DNA of 64,000 bases from an uncultured Acidobacteriota bacterium (GCA_963697835.1 CAVOPG010000006.1:41529-105528); one strand, 5' to 3'. Shown: positions 52,485 through 62,526, counted from the stretch's first letter. Numbers and translations are program-made. The notes: generated by a model from the letters alone, not told the origin.

Positions 52485-53357
52485 TTGCCCCGGCGCTCGC
52501 TCCGGCTCCGCGTCGGCGGCCTCGTCCTGGCCGTCGAGGCCGACCGGCCCACGAAGGCGCTCGAGCCGCCGGCCTCGATACGCCCGTTTCTCGCGGGCCG
52601 CGGCGGCGACATCCGGCTGCGTTACACGGAAGAGCCGCCGCCCCTTCCGGGGCGAACGCAGAAGCTCTTCGACTCCGGCGGCGTGTGGCGCGTCGAGCGG
52701 GCGAAGGACGGCCTCCTCTACAGCTTCCGCATCGCCAACCGCCGGCCACCGCTCTACAAGGTGGTCTCGATCGACGAGGGCCTGCGCGAGGGCCGGCTGC
52801 ACTTCGACCCGTCGCCGCGGGGGCCGTACTACGCGCTCGACTACCCCCTCGACGAGCTCCTCTTCCAGCACCGCCTGGCCCGCGAGGGTGCGATCGAGGT
52901 GCACGGCTGCGGCGTCGTCTGGAATGGCCGGGCGCTCCTTTTCTGCGGCCGCTCCGGCGCCGGCAAGTCCACGACCGCCCGCCTCTGGAAGCGCCACGCC
53001 CGGGGGGCACGGCTGCTCTCGGACGACCGGGTCGTCCTGCGGCCGGGGAAGAGCGGCGTGACGGCGCACGGCACTCCCTGGCACGGCGACGGCGGCTTCG
53101 CGTCGCCGGCGAAAGCCCCCCTCGCCGCGCTCTTCTTCCTGCGCCGCGGGAAGAGGACCCGCTTGAAGCGGCTCTCCCGCGCCGAGGCCGCGGCCCGGCT
53201 CTTCGCGCGCAGCTTCCCGCCCCCCTGGGACGTCGAAGGGGTCGAGGGGGCGCTCGACGCCTGCTCGGACGCGGCGGCGGCGGTGCCGGCCTTCGACCTG
53301 GCCTTCCGCCCCGACCGCTCGGCGGTCGACGCGGTGCGGTCCCTGACCACTGCCTGA
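52485..53357 (+). CDS. HPr kinase/phosphorylase C-terminal-domain-like P-loop protein (intact, 290 aa)
   Basis: TTG 52485 sits 4 nt after the rSAM stop. EVHGCGVVWNGRALLFCGRSGAGKSTTARLWKRHARGARLLSDDRVVLRP matches the HprK pattern HG..v...G.GvLi.G.SG.GKS......l...G..LvsDD.v. Confidence 0.7.
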   Translation: MPRRSLRLRVGGLVLAVEADRPTKALEPPASIRPFLAGRGGDIRLRYTEEPPPLPGRTQKLFDSGGVWRVERAKDGLLYSFRIANRRPPLYKVVSIDEGLREGRLHFDPSPRGPYYALDYPLDELLFQHRLAREGAIEVHGCGVVWNGRALLFCGRSGAGKSTTARLWKRHARGARLLSDDRVVLRPGKSGVTAHGTPWHGDGGFASPAKAPLAALFFLRRGKRTRLKRLSRAEAAARLFARSFPPPWDVEGVEGALDACSDAAAAVPAFDLAFRPDRSAVDAVRSLTTA

Positions 53358-53396
53358 CTCCCGGCGCGCCGACGGCGGCCGGCCGCCCCGGTCGAG

Positions 53397-53732
53397 CTAC
53401 CGGCGGCCTCGGTCTTGGCCCCGAGGGCCGCCTCCGCTGCAGCGGCCGCGGGCGCTTCCCTGGCCGTAGCCGGAGCCGTCACGCGGGCCGATGCCCTGGT
53501 TGCCGGTCCCGTTACCCGGACCGAACCCGCATCTCCCGCGGCACGCCCCCTGACCCCTGCCCCTGGGGGTGCCCGTGCAGTTGTCGCAGACACCGTCGCC
53601 GTTCGCGTCCACGAAGTTCCGACCCACGGTCGTGGGTGCAGTGGCGGCGGGTGGGTTCGCGGTCTGGGCTCCAGCCGCGCCAGCCACCACCATCACGCCG
53701 ACGGCCGCCGCCACGATCATCAGCTGCCTCAT
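53397..53732 (-). CDS. Small secreted Gly/Arg-rich, Cys-containing protein (111 aa)
   Basis: MRQLMIVAAAVGVMVVAGAAGAQ signal, then NFVDANGDGVCDNCTG..RGRGQGACRGRCGFGPGNGTGNQGIGPRDGSGYGQG. Confidence 0.6.
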   Translation of the reverse strand: MRQLMIVAAAVGVMVVAGAAGAQTANPPAATAPTTVGRNFVDANGDGVCDNCTGTPRGRGQGACRGRCGFGPGNGTGNQGIGPRDGSGYGQGSARGRCSGGGPRGQDRGRR

Positions 53733-53781
53733 ACGGTCTCCCTTCCACCCGCGGTCGCCGCGACCGCTGGGTCCACCTGGG

Positions 53782-53796
53782 GCAAGACGCGTACCA
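53782..53796 (-). promoter_or_regulatory. sigma54 (-24/-12) promoter upstream of the Gly-rich protein gene
   Basis: Minus strand reads TGGTAC-GCGTC-TTGC against the consensus TGGCAC-N5-TTGC. It lies ~50 nt upstream of ATG 53732 and immediately downstream of the sigma54-activator gene. Confidence 0.55.
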
Positions 53797-53996
53797 CCGG
53801 GAGGCCACCTCCCTGCGGCCACCGGAAGAGCATGGGCCGCCTCCACTTGGCTCGCCGTCCGGTCGGTCCCGGTGCACTCGGGAGCGGCCCGACTCGACCT
53901 GATGGTCGAGATCCTCGACGGCCACGTCGAACCGGGCTGTGGCCAGAGCCAGGACGAGGCCTCGCACTCCAGGGCCAGAGGACGGGCCAGAGCCCT

Positions 53997-55335
<1,339 letters not shown>

Positions 55336-55343
<8 letters not shown>

Positions 55344-57090
55344 GCCTCGCCTCCTCTCCCGCGGGCAGGCGCACGGTCATGGTCGTGCCCGCGCCGGGAG
55401 GCGAGTCCACCTCGATCGTTCCGCCGTGGGCGGTCACGATCTGCTGCGTGACGGCGAGGCCGACGCCCGTGCCCTCGGCCTTGGTCGTGAAGTAGAGGTC
55501 GAAGATCCGCGGCAGGTGGCCCGGCTCGATTCCGCGGCCCGTGTCGTGTACCTCGACGACGTGCCCCCTGCCCTCGCGGCGTACGGTGAGGGACACTCGC
55601 CCCCCCGAAGGCGTCGCCTCGATGGCGTTGCGGACGAGGTTGTCGAGAGCCGCGCGCAGCTGCGCCGGGTCCACGAGGGCGGTCACCGCCTCCGAGGGCC
55701 CCTCGTCGAGCCTCACCCCGCGGGCCTCGGCGAGGGAGCGTGCCCGGCCGGCGACGTCGCCCACGAGCGCCCCGAGGTCGACAGGCTCCGGCGCGAGACG
55801 CGGCGGACGCGCGTACTCGAGGAACTGCTGCACGATCTGGTCGATCCGCTGCGTCTCGGACGTCATGACCGTGAGCAGCTCCTCGAGCTCGGCCCGGTCT
55901 CCGGCGTTCGCGGGAGCCGCGCCCAGGAACTCGCGCTTCAGGCGCTGGGCCGTCATGCCGACCGCGTTCAGGGGGTTCCGGACTTCGTGGGCGACGGTCG
56001 AGGCGAGCTCGCCCATGGCGGCGAGGCGGTCGCGCCGGCGGAGCGCCTCCTCCGCCCGCGCGTGCTTCTCGCTGAGGACCCCGTAGCGGCGACGCAGCCC
56101 GGCGAGGCCGAAGGCGAGGGCCACCAGGACGGACGCGGCCGCCACCGAGGCAACGAGCCGCAGCGCCATGCGCTTCTCGACGCGCCGCACGTTGTCCAGG
56201 CGCATCCCGAGGCGCAGCCGCGCCGTCTCGCCCCCGGCGAGGGGAACGTCGCTCGCGAATTCCAGCACGGGCCGGCCGCCCACGGTGAGCGAGCGCTCGC
56301 CCGGAGACGCCGGCGCGTCCGTCGGCACGTCGCCGAAGGCGATCCGTCCGTCCTCGTGCTCGAAGACCGTGTACGCGATCTCGGGGCTGCCGCTGGTGAT
56401 TTCCTGGAGCAGGGACTCGAGCGATGCGGGCTTCTCGAGAGCGGCGATCTCCGTCGCGTCCACGGTCACCACGATGGCGCCGCCCCGCTGGCGCTTCACG
56501 CCGGCAGCGACGCGCTCGCCGCCCCAGCGCGAGGCGTGGGCGCCCGTGACGACCTCCTGCTTCCCTTCACCGAGGATCTGTCGCAGGACCGCGCCGCCGC
56601 CGCCCGGGCCCCGGCCCCCCCCAAAGCCTCGACCGGGCCCCACGCCTGGTCCGCCGCCGGGCCCTCCGCCGGCCCCGCGCGCCCACCCTCCGCGCGGGCC
56701 GTGCCCGCCGCGTCCGGCCTCGGCCGAGGGCGCCCCCCAGCCCTCGCGCGAGCCGTCCGCGGCGAAGACGGCGACGCGGAAGAGCGGGTTGCGGCGCGCG
56801 ACCGCCTCGAGGGCGGCCGGCGAGAGGCGCCCCTGCCCGTCGAGCACGGCGAGAGCCCGCGCCTGGTCGAGCAGCCGCTCGCCGAGCTGGGCCGCCGCGA
56901 ATGCGGACGCCGCGCGGTTCGACCGCGCCGCCGCCGCCACGCTCTCGCGCAGGGCATGGGCCTGCTCGCGCAGCAGCCCCACCAGCTCGCCCCTCGTCGC
57001 GCGGTCGTCGAGCCAGACGAGGCCGACGAGGCCGAGCGCCACCGCGGTCGCGGCCAGGATCAGCGGGACGCTCCGGCTTGGGCTCGTCAC
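55336..57090 (-). CDS. Sensor histidine kinase with a periplasmic domain carrying a Gly-rich insert (intact, 584 aa)
   Basis: Two TM segments (LILAATAVALGLVGLVWL; LVASVAAASVLVALAFGLAGL). H-box LASTVAHEVRNPLN. N/G boxes LVRNAIEAT, HDTGRGI, GTGVGLAV. It overlaps the RR gene by 8 nt. Confidence 0.9.
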
Positions 57091-57212
57091 GTGGAGGAGC
57101 TTAGACGATCAGGCGCCGGCGAGGATCACGGAGTGGGGGCGCCGGCCGTGGCGCTCGGCCAGGTGCCCGCCCGCCCAAGCGGGCGGGCACCTTCCGGGCC
57201 ACGCCTTCATTC

Positions 57213-57959
57213 CTACCGGCAGCGCGCAAAGACCGGGAGGTGGTTGTCGAGCGAGGCGGCCTGCAGGTTCGTGAACACGTTGCGGACGTCCGCCGGCAGG
57301 TCGGTGCGCTGCAGGTAGGGCGTGTAGAAGGCCGCATCCTCCGTCTCGGCCACCACGCCCGCCGCGCAGGCCAGGGCCACCGACGCGAAGGGCTCGAAGC
57401 TCGAGGTCGTCCAGATGCTGGCCGGTGGCGCCAGCTGGCGCCGCGTGAAGAGGATCTGCAGCGCGTCGACGTGGCGGGCTTCCGATTCGGCGATCGGGGC
57501 AAACGGCAGCGTGTCGGAGCCGAACGTCCCCAGGACGCTCTGGTACAGGAACCGGGCCTTGCATTCCTCCTGGAGGGCTTCGCCGAGCATGGTGAGAACG
57601 TCCGCGGGATCGGGACCCACGGGTCCCGTGCAAGCGTTGCCGCACAAACCGTCGCTCGGACCAGGCCCGGGGCCGGGCCCGATGCCAGCACCGTTGCCGG
57701 GCTGCGAGCCGGGCTGCGAGCCAGAGCCGGGGCCCGGGCCCTGGCTCGTGCCGTCGCAGTCGTGCGTGCACGTGCCGGTGCCTGGCGAGGGGCTGGACGG
57801 CCCGCCCGGCCCGTGGCCGGAGCTCGTGAGCACGGCGTCGTCTCCCCTGCCGCTGGCCGTGGCGGCCACCGGCGAGGCGGCGGGTGACGTGCCGCACGCG
57901 GCGAGAGCGAGCGCCCCACCGAGCGCCGCAACCGCCAGGAACCGCGAAGATGTCTGCAT
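57213..57959 (-). CDS. DUF2202 (ferritin-like) lipoprotein with a Gly/Pro/Cys-rich N-terminal linker
   Basis: ATG 57959 follows AGGAGGAC. Lipobox LALAACG. Linker reads GPGGPSSPSPGTGTCTHDCDG..GPGPGPGPSDGLCGNACTG. The ferritin-like part reads LQEECKARFLYQSVLGTFG..PFAPIAESEARHVDALQILF..ETEDAAFYTPYL. Confidence 0.65.
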   Translation of the reverse strand: MQTSSRFLAVAALGGALALAACGTSPAASPVAATASGRGDDAVLTSSGHGPGGPSSPSPGTGTCTHDCDGTSQGPGPGSGSQPGSQPGNGAGIGPGPGPGPSDGLCGNACTGPVGPDPADVLTMLGEALQEECKARFLYQSVLGTFGSDTLPFAPIAESEARHVDALQILFTRRQLAPPASIWTTSSFEPFASVALACAAGVVAETEDAAFYTPYLQRTDLPADVRNVFTNLQAASLDNHLPVFARCR

Positions 57960-58049
57960 GCCGTCCTCCTGTCCTGCTGCCTGTTTTCGCGGCGCGGGGT
58001 CGTTCCGCCGCTCGTCGGCCCGCCGACCGGGCCGCAACCGCGAGAGGCA

Positions 58050-58064
58050 GCAAGAGGTGGGCCA
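58050..58064 (-). promoter_or_regulatory. sigma54 (-24/-12) promoter upstream of the DUF2202 gene
   Basis: Minus strand reads TGGCCC-ACCTC-TTGC, ~90 nt upstream of ATG 57959. Confidence 0.45.
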
Positions 58065-58210
58065 CCCCGGGGCGCGACGGCGCGACGCCTCGAAGACGCG
58101 CCCAGACAATGGCTTGCCGAGAGCCCCGACGGAGTGGGTGAGGCGCGTCGCGGTTCGGCTCGACCAGACCGTCGGGCCGGTCGTCGAAACCGTCGAGGCC
58201 TCGCGAGCCG

Positions 58211-58245
58211 AAAAAAGAAGGGGCCTCGTCTCGCGACGGGGCCCC
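58211..58245 (-). terminator. Rho-independent terminator with no upstream CDS on its strand
   Basis: The minus strand has an 11-bp stem (GGGGCCCCGUC / GACGAGGCCCC, one G-U pair), a GCGA tetraloop, then CUUCUUUUUU. Confidence 0.7.
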
Positions 58246-58340
58246 GGTATCAGGCTGCGTGTCGGGGTGTCTCAGGCTGTGGGTCAGGTTGTCTCGGGGT
58301 GTGTTCAAGCTGTGATGTCAGGCTGCGCGTCTAGATGACG
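58211..58340 (-). ncRNA. Candidate small RNA (~130 nt) bounded by a predicted promoter and an intrinsic terminator
   Basis: The body contains 4 copies of CCUGA in (A/C)(G/A)CCUGA(C/G/U) and 2 copies of ACACCCCGA. It has no plausible ORF, and the flanking genes are divergent. No Rfam family was recognised. Confidence 0.35.
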
Positions 58341-58345
58341 CGCAC

Positions 58346-58375
58346 ATCATACCTCAAGTCCCCCCGGTGTGCGAA
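58346..58375 (-). promoter_or_regulatory. sigma70-type promoter of the candidate sRNA
   Basis: Minus strand reads TTCGCA (58375-58370), an 18-nt spacer, then TATGAT (58351-58346). The palindrome GCGCGTC-N5-GACGCGC (58325-58343) overlaps the predicted start site. Confidence 0.35.
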
Positions 58376-58447
58376 TGCCCCCTGGAGCGGCCGCCGGCGC
58401 AGGGGCGCTATACTCCGATACTCGGCCTGCATGAGCGTGCTCCATCA

Positions 58448-60783
58448 ATGAACGGCACCGCGCGCAAGGTCTACTCGGCCCAGCGCCTCCGCATCGTGGT
58501 GGCGCTGCTCACCCTCATCTTCCTGCCGATCGTGATCGGTGCCTCGGTGCTCATCTACCAGTACATGCGCTTCAGCGTGATGGTGGGGCAGCGGCTCACG
58601 GGAGAGAAGGGGCGGCTGCCCTCGCGAGTCTACGCGCGGCCGCTGGTCCTGCAGCCCGGCCTCGTCCTGGCGCCCGACGGCCTGGTGAACGTGCTGAACG
58701 GCCTTCGCTACGCCGAGCGCGGGGGACGCCGACCGAGGCCGGCCAGTTCGCAACCTCCGCGGCCGGGGTGACGCTCTTCCCGCGCCCGGTCGACTCCGGG
58801 GCCACGGAGACGCTCCTCGTGTCATTCGCCAAGGACAAGCAGGGGACGACGCGGGTCAAGGACATCCGGGGTGCGACGTCGAAGAAGCGCTACCCGGAGC
58901 AGGCCCTCGAGCCCGAGCTCATAACGTACGTCTTCGACGAGGACCGCGAGAAGCGGCGCCGCGTGAGCTTCGAGGAGCTGCCCGACCACCTCGTGAAGGC
59001 GGTGCTCGCCATCGAGGACCGCCGCTTCTTCAGCCACCCCGGGCTCGACCCGATCGGGCTCGTGGCCGCCGCCCTTCGCAACCTCCGCTCCGACAGCGCG
59101 ATCCCCCACGGCGGAAGCACGATCACCCAGCAGCTCTGCAAGAACTTCTTCCTGACGCGTACGGACGAGCGGGGCTACCGCACGGTGGAGCGCAGCTACC
59201 GGAGGAAGGCACAGGAGGCGCTCCTCGCCTTCGTCCTCGAGCGGCGGGCCAGCAAGCAGGCGATCCTCGAGCTCTACCTGAACGGCGTCTACCTCGGCCA
59301 GTCGGGCTCCTTCGGCGTGAACGGGGTGGGCGAGGCGGCGCGCATCTACTTCCGCAAGGACGTGACCAACCTGACCCTGCCCGAGTCGGCGCTCATCGCC
59401 GGGATGATCCAGTCGCCGAACCCCTACAACCCGTTCCGCCACGAGAAGCGCGCGACCGAGCGGAGGAACGAGGTCATCCGGGCCATGCAGGACGCGGGCT
59501 TCATCGACCGGGCGACGATGGAGGAGGCCCTCTCGGCCCCCCTCCTCGTCGAGCCGCCCGGCGCCGACACGGCCGACGCCCCCTACTTCGTGGACCTCGT
59601 GCGCGAGCAGCTCGGCCAGCGCTACGACCAGAAGGACCTCACCACCCAGAACCTGTCGATCTACACGACGCTCGACCTGCAGCTGCAGGGCCTCGCCCAG
59701 CAGGCGCTCGAGCGCGGCCTCGACCGGGTCCAGGAGCTCATCAAGAAGCGCACGACCGTACCGGTGCAGGGGAGCCTCATCGCCATCGAGCCGGCGAGCG
59801 GCAAGGTGGTGGCGCTCGTCGGCGGGCGCTCCTACGGCCGCAGCCAGTACAACCGCGTGATCCAGGCCCGCCGCCAGCCGGGCAGCACCTTCAAGCCGTT
59901 CGTGTACCTCACCGCCTTCGAGGCCACCTTCGACGACCCGAGCCTGCCGCCCATCACGCCGGCCACCGTCGTGGAGGACGCGCCGTCGGTCTTCTTCTTC
60001 GAGGACAAGGAGTACATCCCGATCAACTACGAGGACACCTACCACGGCATGGTGACGCTGCGGCACGCCCTCGCCATGAGCATGAACGTGGCCACCGTCA
60101 AGGTGGCGGAGATGGTGGGATACGACAAGGTGGCGGCGCTCTGGTCGAAGAAGCTCGGGATCGGCGCCCCCATCCAGCCCTACCCCGCCGTCGCCCTCGG
60201 GTCCTTCGAGGCGACGCCCTTCGAGATGGCCACCGCTTACAACGTGCTGGCGAACGGCGGCCTCAAGGTGGAGCCGGTCACCATCCTGCAGGTGGCCGAC
60301 GAGACGCGGCGCGTCCTCGAGCAGCACCGCGCGGCGGTGCCGGAGCGGGTCGTCCACGAGGAGTCGGCCTTCCTCGTGACCGACATGCTCCACAGCGTCC
60401 TCGACGAGGGCACGGCGGCCAGCGCCCGGGCCCTGGGCTTCACCGCCGAGGCCGCGGGCAAGACGGGGACCACGAACGACTATCGGGACGCCTGGTTCGC
60501 CGGCTTCACCCCGGACCTCCTGTGCGTCGTGTGGGTGGGCTTCGACGACAACACGCCGGTGGGACTCTCCGGCACCAAGGCCGCCCTGCCGATCTGGGTG
60601 GACTTCATGAAGGCGGCCCTCGGCGGGCGCAAGCCGACGCCGTTCCCCGCCCCGCCGGAGGGCATCGTCTTCGTGGACATCGACCAGGAGACGGGCCTCC
60701 TCGCCCGCCCCGGGTGCCCGAAGATCCGCACCGAGGCCTTCATCGCCGGCACCGAGCCGCGGGAGCCCTGCGGCGCCCACTGA
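58448..60783 (+). CDS. Class A penicillin-binding protein (GT51 glycosyltransferase plus transpeptidase, PBP1A family); one frame break near 58730
   Basis: The TM anchor reads IVVALLTLIFLPIVIGASVLI. The GT51 motifs are AIEDRRFFSHPGLD, GGSTITQQLCKN and RKAQEALLAFVLE. The transpeptidase motifs are STFKPFVY, SMN and KTGTT. Confidence 0.9.
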
Positions 60784-60927
60784 GCGGCCGGCGGTGTGCT
60801 CCGTGTCACAGCGGCGTCAAAGCTTGTGACCGGCGCGGAAAAGGGTCTGTCTGGCTCCGGCCAGGGAGTATTCTTTGTCGTTTGAGCCGTCCGTGTCGGC
60901 CTCATGGAACAGGAAGGACCTTTTTCA

Positions 60928-61907
60928 ATGCCCGTGAATCCTCGCCGGTGTCCCGTAGCGGCGGCCGTCGCCGCGATCGGGGCCATCGCTTTCTTGACCC
61001 TCTCCTGCGGGGGAGGCAGCTCCCCCTCCACTCCGACACCCTCCGACGCTCCCCCCAGGCCACCCCCACTCCGCCCACGGGCGGAGGCGGGGTGGGCTCC
61101 TCGAGCTGCCAGCTCGGCAAGGGCGACGTCAACGCCCAGTGCGCGCAAGGGCTCGTCACGCCTGACCCACGCCGTGCGCGTCGCCATGGACACCCTGGTC
61201 CAGACGAAGCCCCAGATCTTCGACACGACCCAGGAAGCGGGCACGGGCACGGGACAGTACCTGGTGCTCGACAGGGAGGCTTACCTGAACGGCATCGTCT
61301 CCAACCTGACCGCGGCGGGCCTCTGCGCCCAGCGCGACCCCGACGACTTCAACTACGAGCGCATCCAGGCCAAGAACGAGAACGGCTTCTCGGAGACCTA
61401 CGACGTCATCACCGGCTCCGGATACATGCGCACGAGCGGCACCTACATCGAGACCTGCACGCCGGCGGCCTTCCCGGTCGACCGCGGCGACGCCCCACCC
61501 GCGGGCAGCGGCTGCGGCAAGCCCTACCCGGCGCCGGTCAGCCGGATGAACTGCAAGCTCCACCTGTACGGGCGAGGAGTACTACACGCTCGACTCGACG
61601 GCGATCGTCGGGCCGGACGCGGCCTACTGCGCACGAGATCGGCTACACCGACGGCCGCTCGCTCTGCCCGGTGCGCATGGAGGGCAGCCCCGAGCGCGGG
61701 CCCTGCGAGGAGTGGCGAGTCGGGAACGCGAAGGACACCGGGCGCCCGGGCCCGACCTGGACGTTCAACGGCAAGCACTGCACGGGGAAGGAGAGCGGCT
61801 GCGAGCACCACCCCGTGAACGACTACGCCCTGCTCGTCTACGTCTCGGGAACCTTCACGGTGTGCGCCCAGACAGGGTCCTGCTGCAACGTGATCGTCGA
61901 GAAGTAG
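60928..61907 (+). CDS. Hypothetical Cys-rich lipoprotein; frame broken
   Basis: ATG 60928 follows AGGAAGGA. Lipobox AFLTLSCGGG. Frames read LTHAVRVAMDTLVQTKPQIFDT..YLNGIVSNLTAAGLCAQRDPDDFNYERIQAKNENGFSETYDVI and CPVRMEGSPERGPCEEWRVGNAKDTGRPGPTWTFNGKHCTGKESGCEHHPVNDYALLVYVSGTFTVCAQTGSCCNVIVEK. Confidence 0.5.
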
Positions 61908-61920
61908 GCCGGCGGCGGCC

Positions 61921-61949
61921 TTGACCCCCGCCGGGCGGCCCGCTATTCT
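61921..61949 (+). promoter_or_regulatory. sigma70-type promoter of the tRNA-Val gene
   Basis: TTGACC (61921-61926), a 17-nt spacer, then TATTCT (61944-61949). The tRNA 5' end at 61963 is 14 nt downstream. Confidence 0.5.
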
Positions 61950-61962
61950 TCGTGTCTCGGGC

Positions 61963-62004
61963 GGGCGCTTAACTCAGCGGTAGAGTGCCACCTTCACACG
62001 GTGG
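61963..62004 (+). pseudogene. tRNA-Val (anticodon CAC), 5' fragment only: acceptor 5' strand, D arm and anticodon arm. T arm and 3' acceptor strand are missing.
   Basis: GGGCGCT-TA-ACTC-AGCGGTA-GAGT-G-CCACC-TTCACAC-GGTGG folds correctly up to position 43. The following sequence (CCGGAGCGGCGTGGCAAAACGCTACTCC) has no T arm or complementary acceptor strand, and runs into the HNH gene stop at 62026. Confidence 0.7.
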
Positions 62005-62025
62005 CCGGAGCGGCGTGGCAAAACG

Positions 62026-62526
62026 CTACTCCATCTTGCGAGCCCGCCGCAACCCCCGCCTCCTCGCAGCCCACTCCCTCCTGTAGGTCCGCATACACGT
62101 CAGGCACTCCCGCCTCCCCTTGTTGGTGACGAAGAGGTTGGGGCCCGAGAGCGGATGGCCGCGGTGGCAGAAGACCTTCAGGCGGTTGCGGGCGGATGGG
62201 GCCGAGGAGCGGAGGACGTTGTCGCGTGTAGTGGCGAGTTCCAGATGGTTTGGGTTGACGCACACCTTCTGGTCGCACCGTCGGTGGTCGATCTCCAGGC
62301 CGGCGGGGATGTCGCCGCGGAAGAGCCGCCATGAGAGGCGGTGGGCGAGCACGCTGCGGTTACCCGCAATGCCGAAGCAGGGGTAGTGCTTCGAGTTGAC
62401 GGCGCCGATCCAGATCCAGCACCCGGTGTTCTCCTCCTCGATCACGAATCGCATGAAGCGGCTGACGAGAGCGCAGTAGGACTCGGAATCGGTGGGGATC
62501 GGGATGTGGGTGGCGGTGCGGGTCAC
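62026..62526 (-). CDS. HNH endonuclease (HNH_3-type, phage-associated family)
   Basis: GTG 62526: ..SRFMRFVIEEENTGCWIWIGAVNSKHYPCFGIAGNRSVLAHRLSWRLFRGDIPAGLEIDHRRCDQKVCVNPNHLELATTRDN..CHRGHPLSG..RRECLTC. Confidence 0.8.
   Translation of the reverse strand: MTRTATHIPIPTDSESYCALVSRFMRFVIEEENTGCWIWIGAVNSKHYPCFGIAGNRSVLAHRLSWRLFRGDIPAGLEIDHRRCDQKVCVNPNHLELATTRDNVLRSSAPSARNRLKVFCHRGHPLSGPNLFVTNKGRRECLTCMRTYRREWAARRRGLRRARKME

Noticed and set aside
58134-58334. Plus-strand ORF of 66 aa (MGEARRGSARPDRR...) covering the repeat array and terminator.
   Set aside because: It is Arg/Gly/Cys low-complexity with no SD. It spans an intrinsic terminator stem, and the repeat structure is better explained at the nucleic-acid level.
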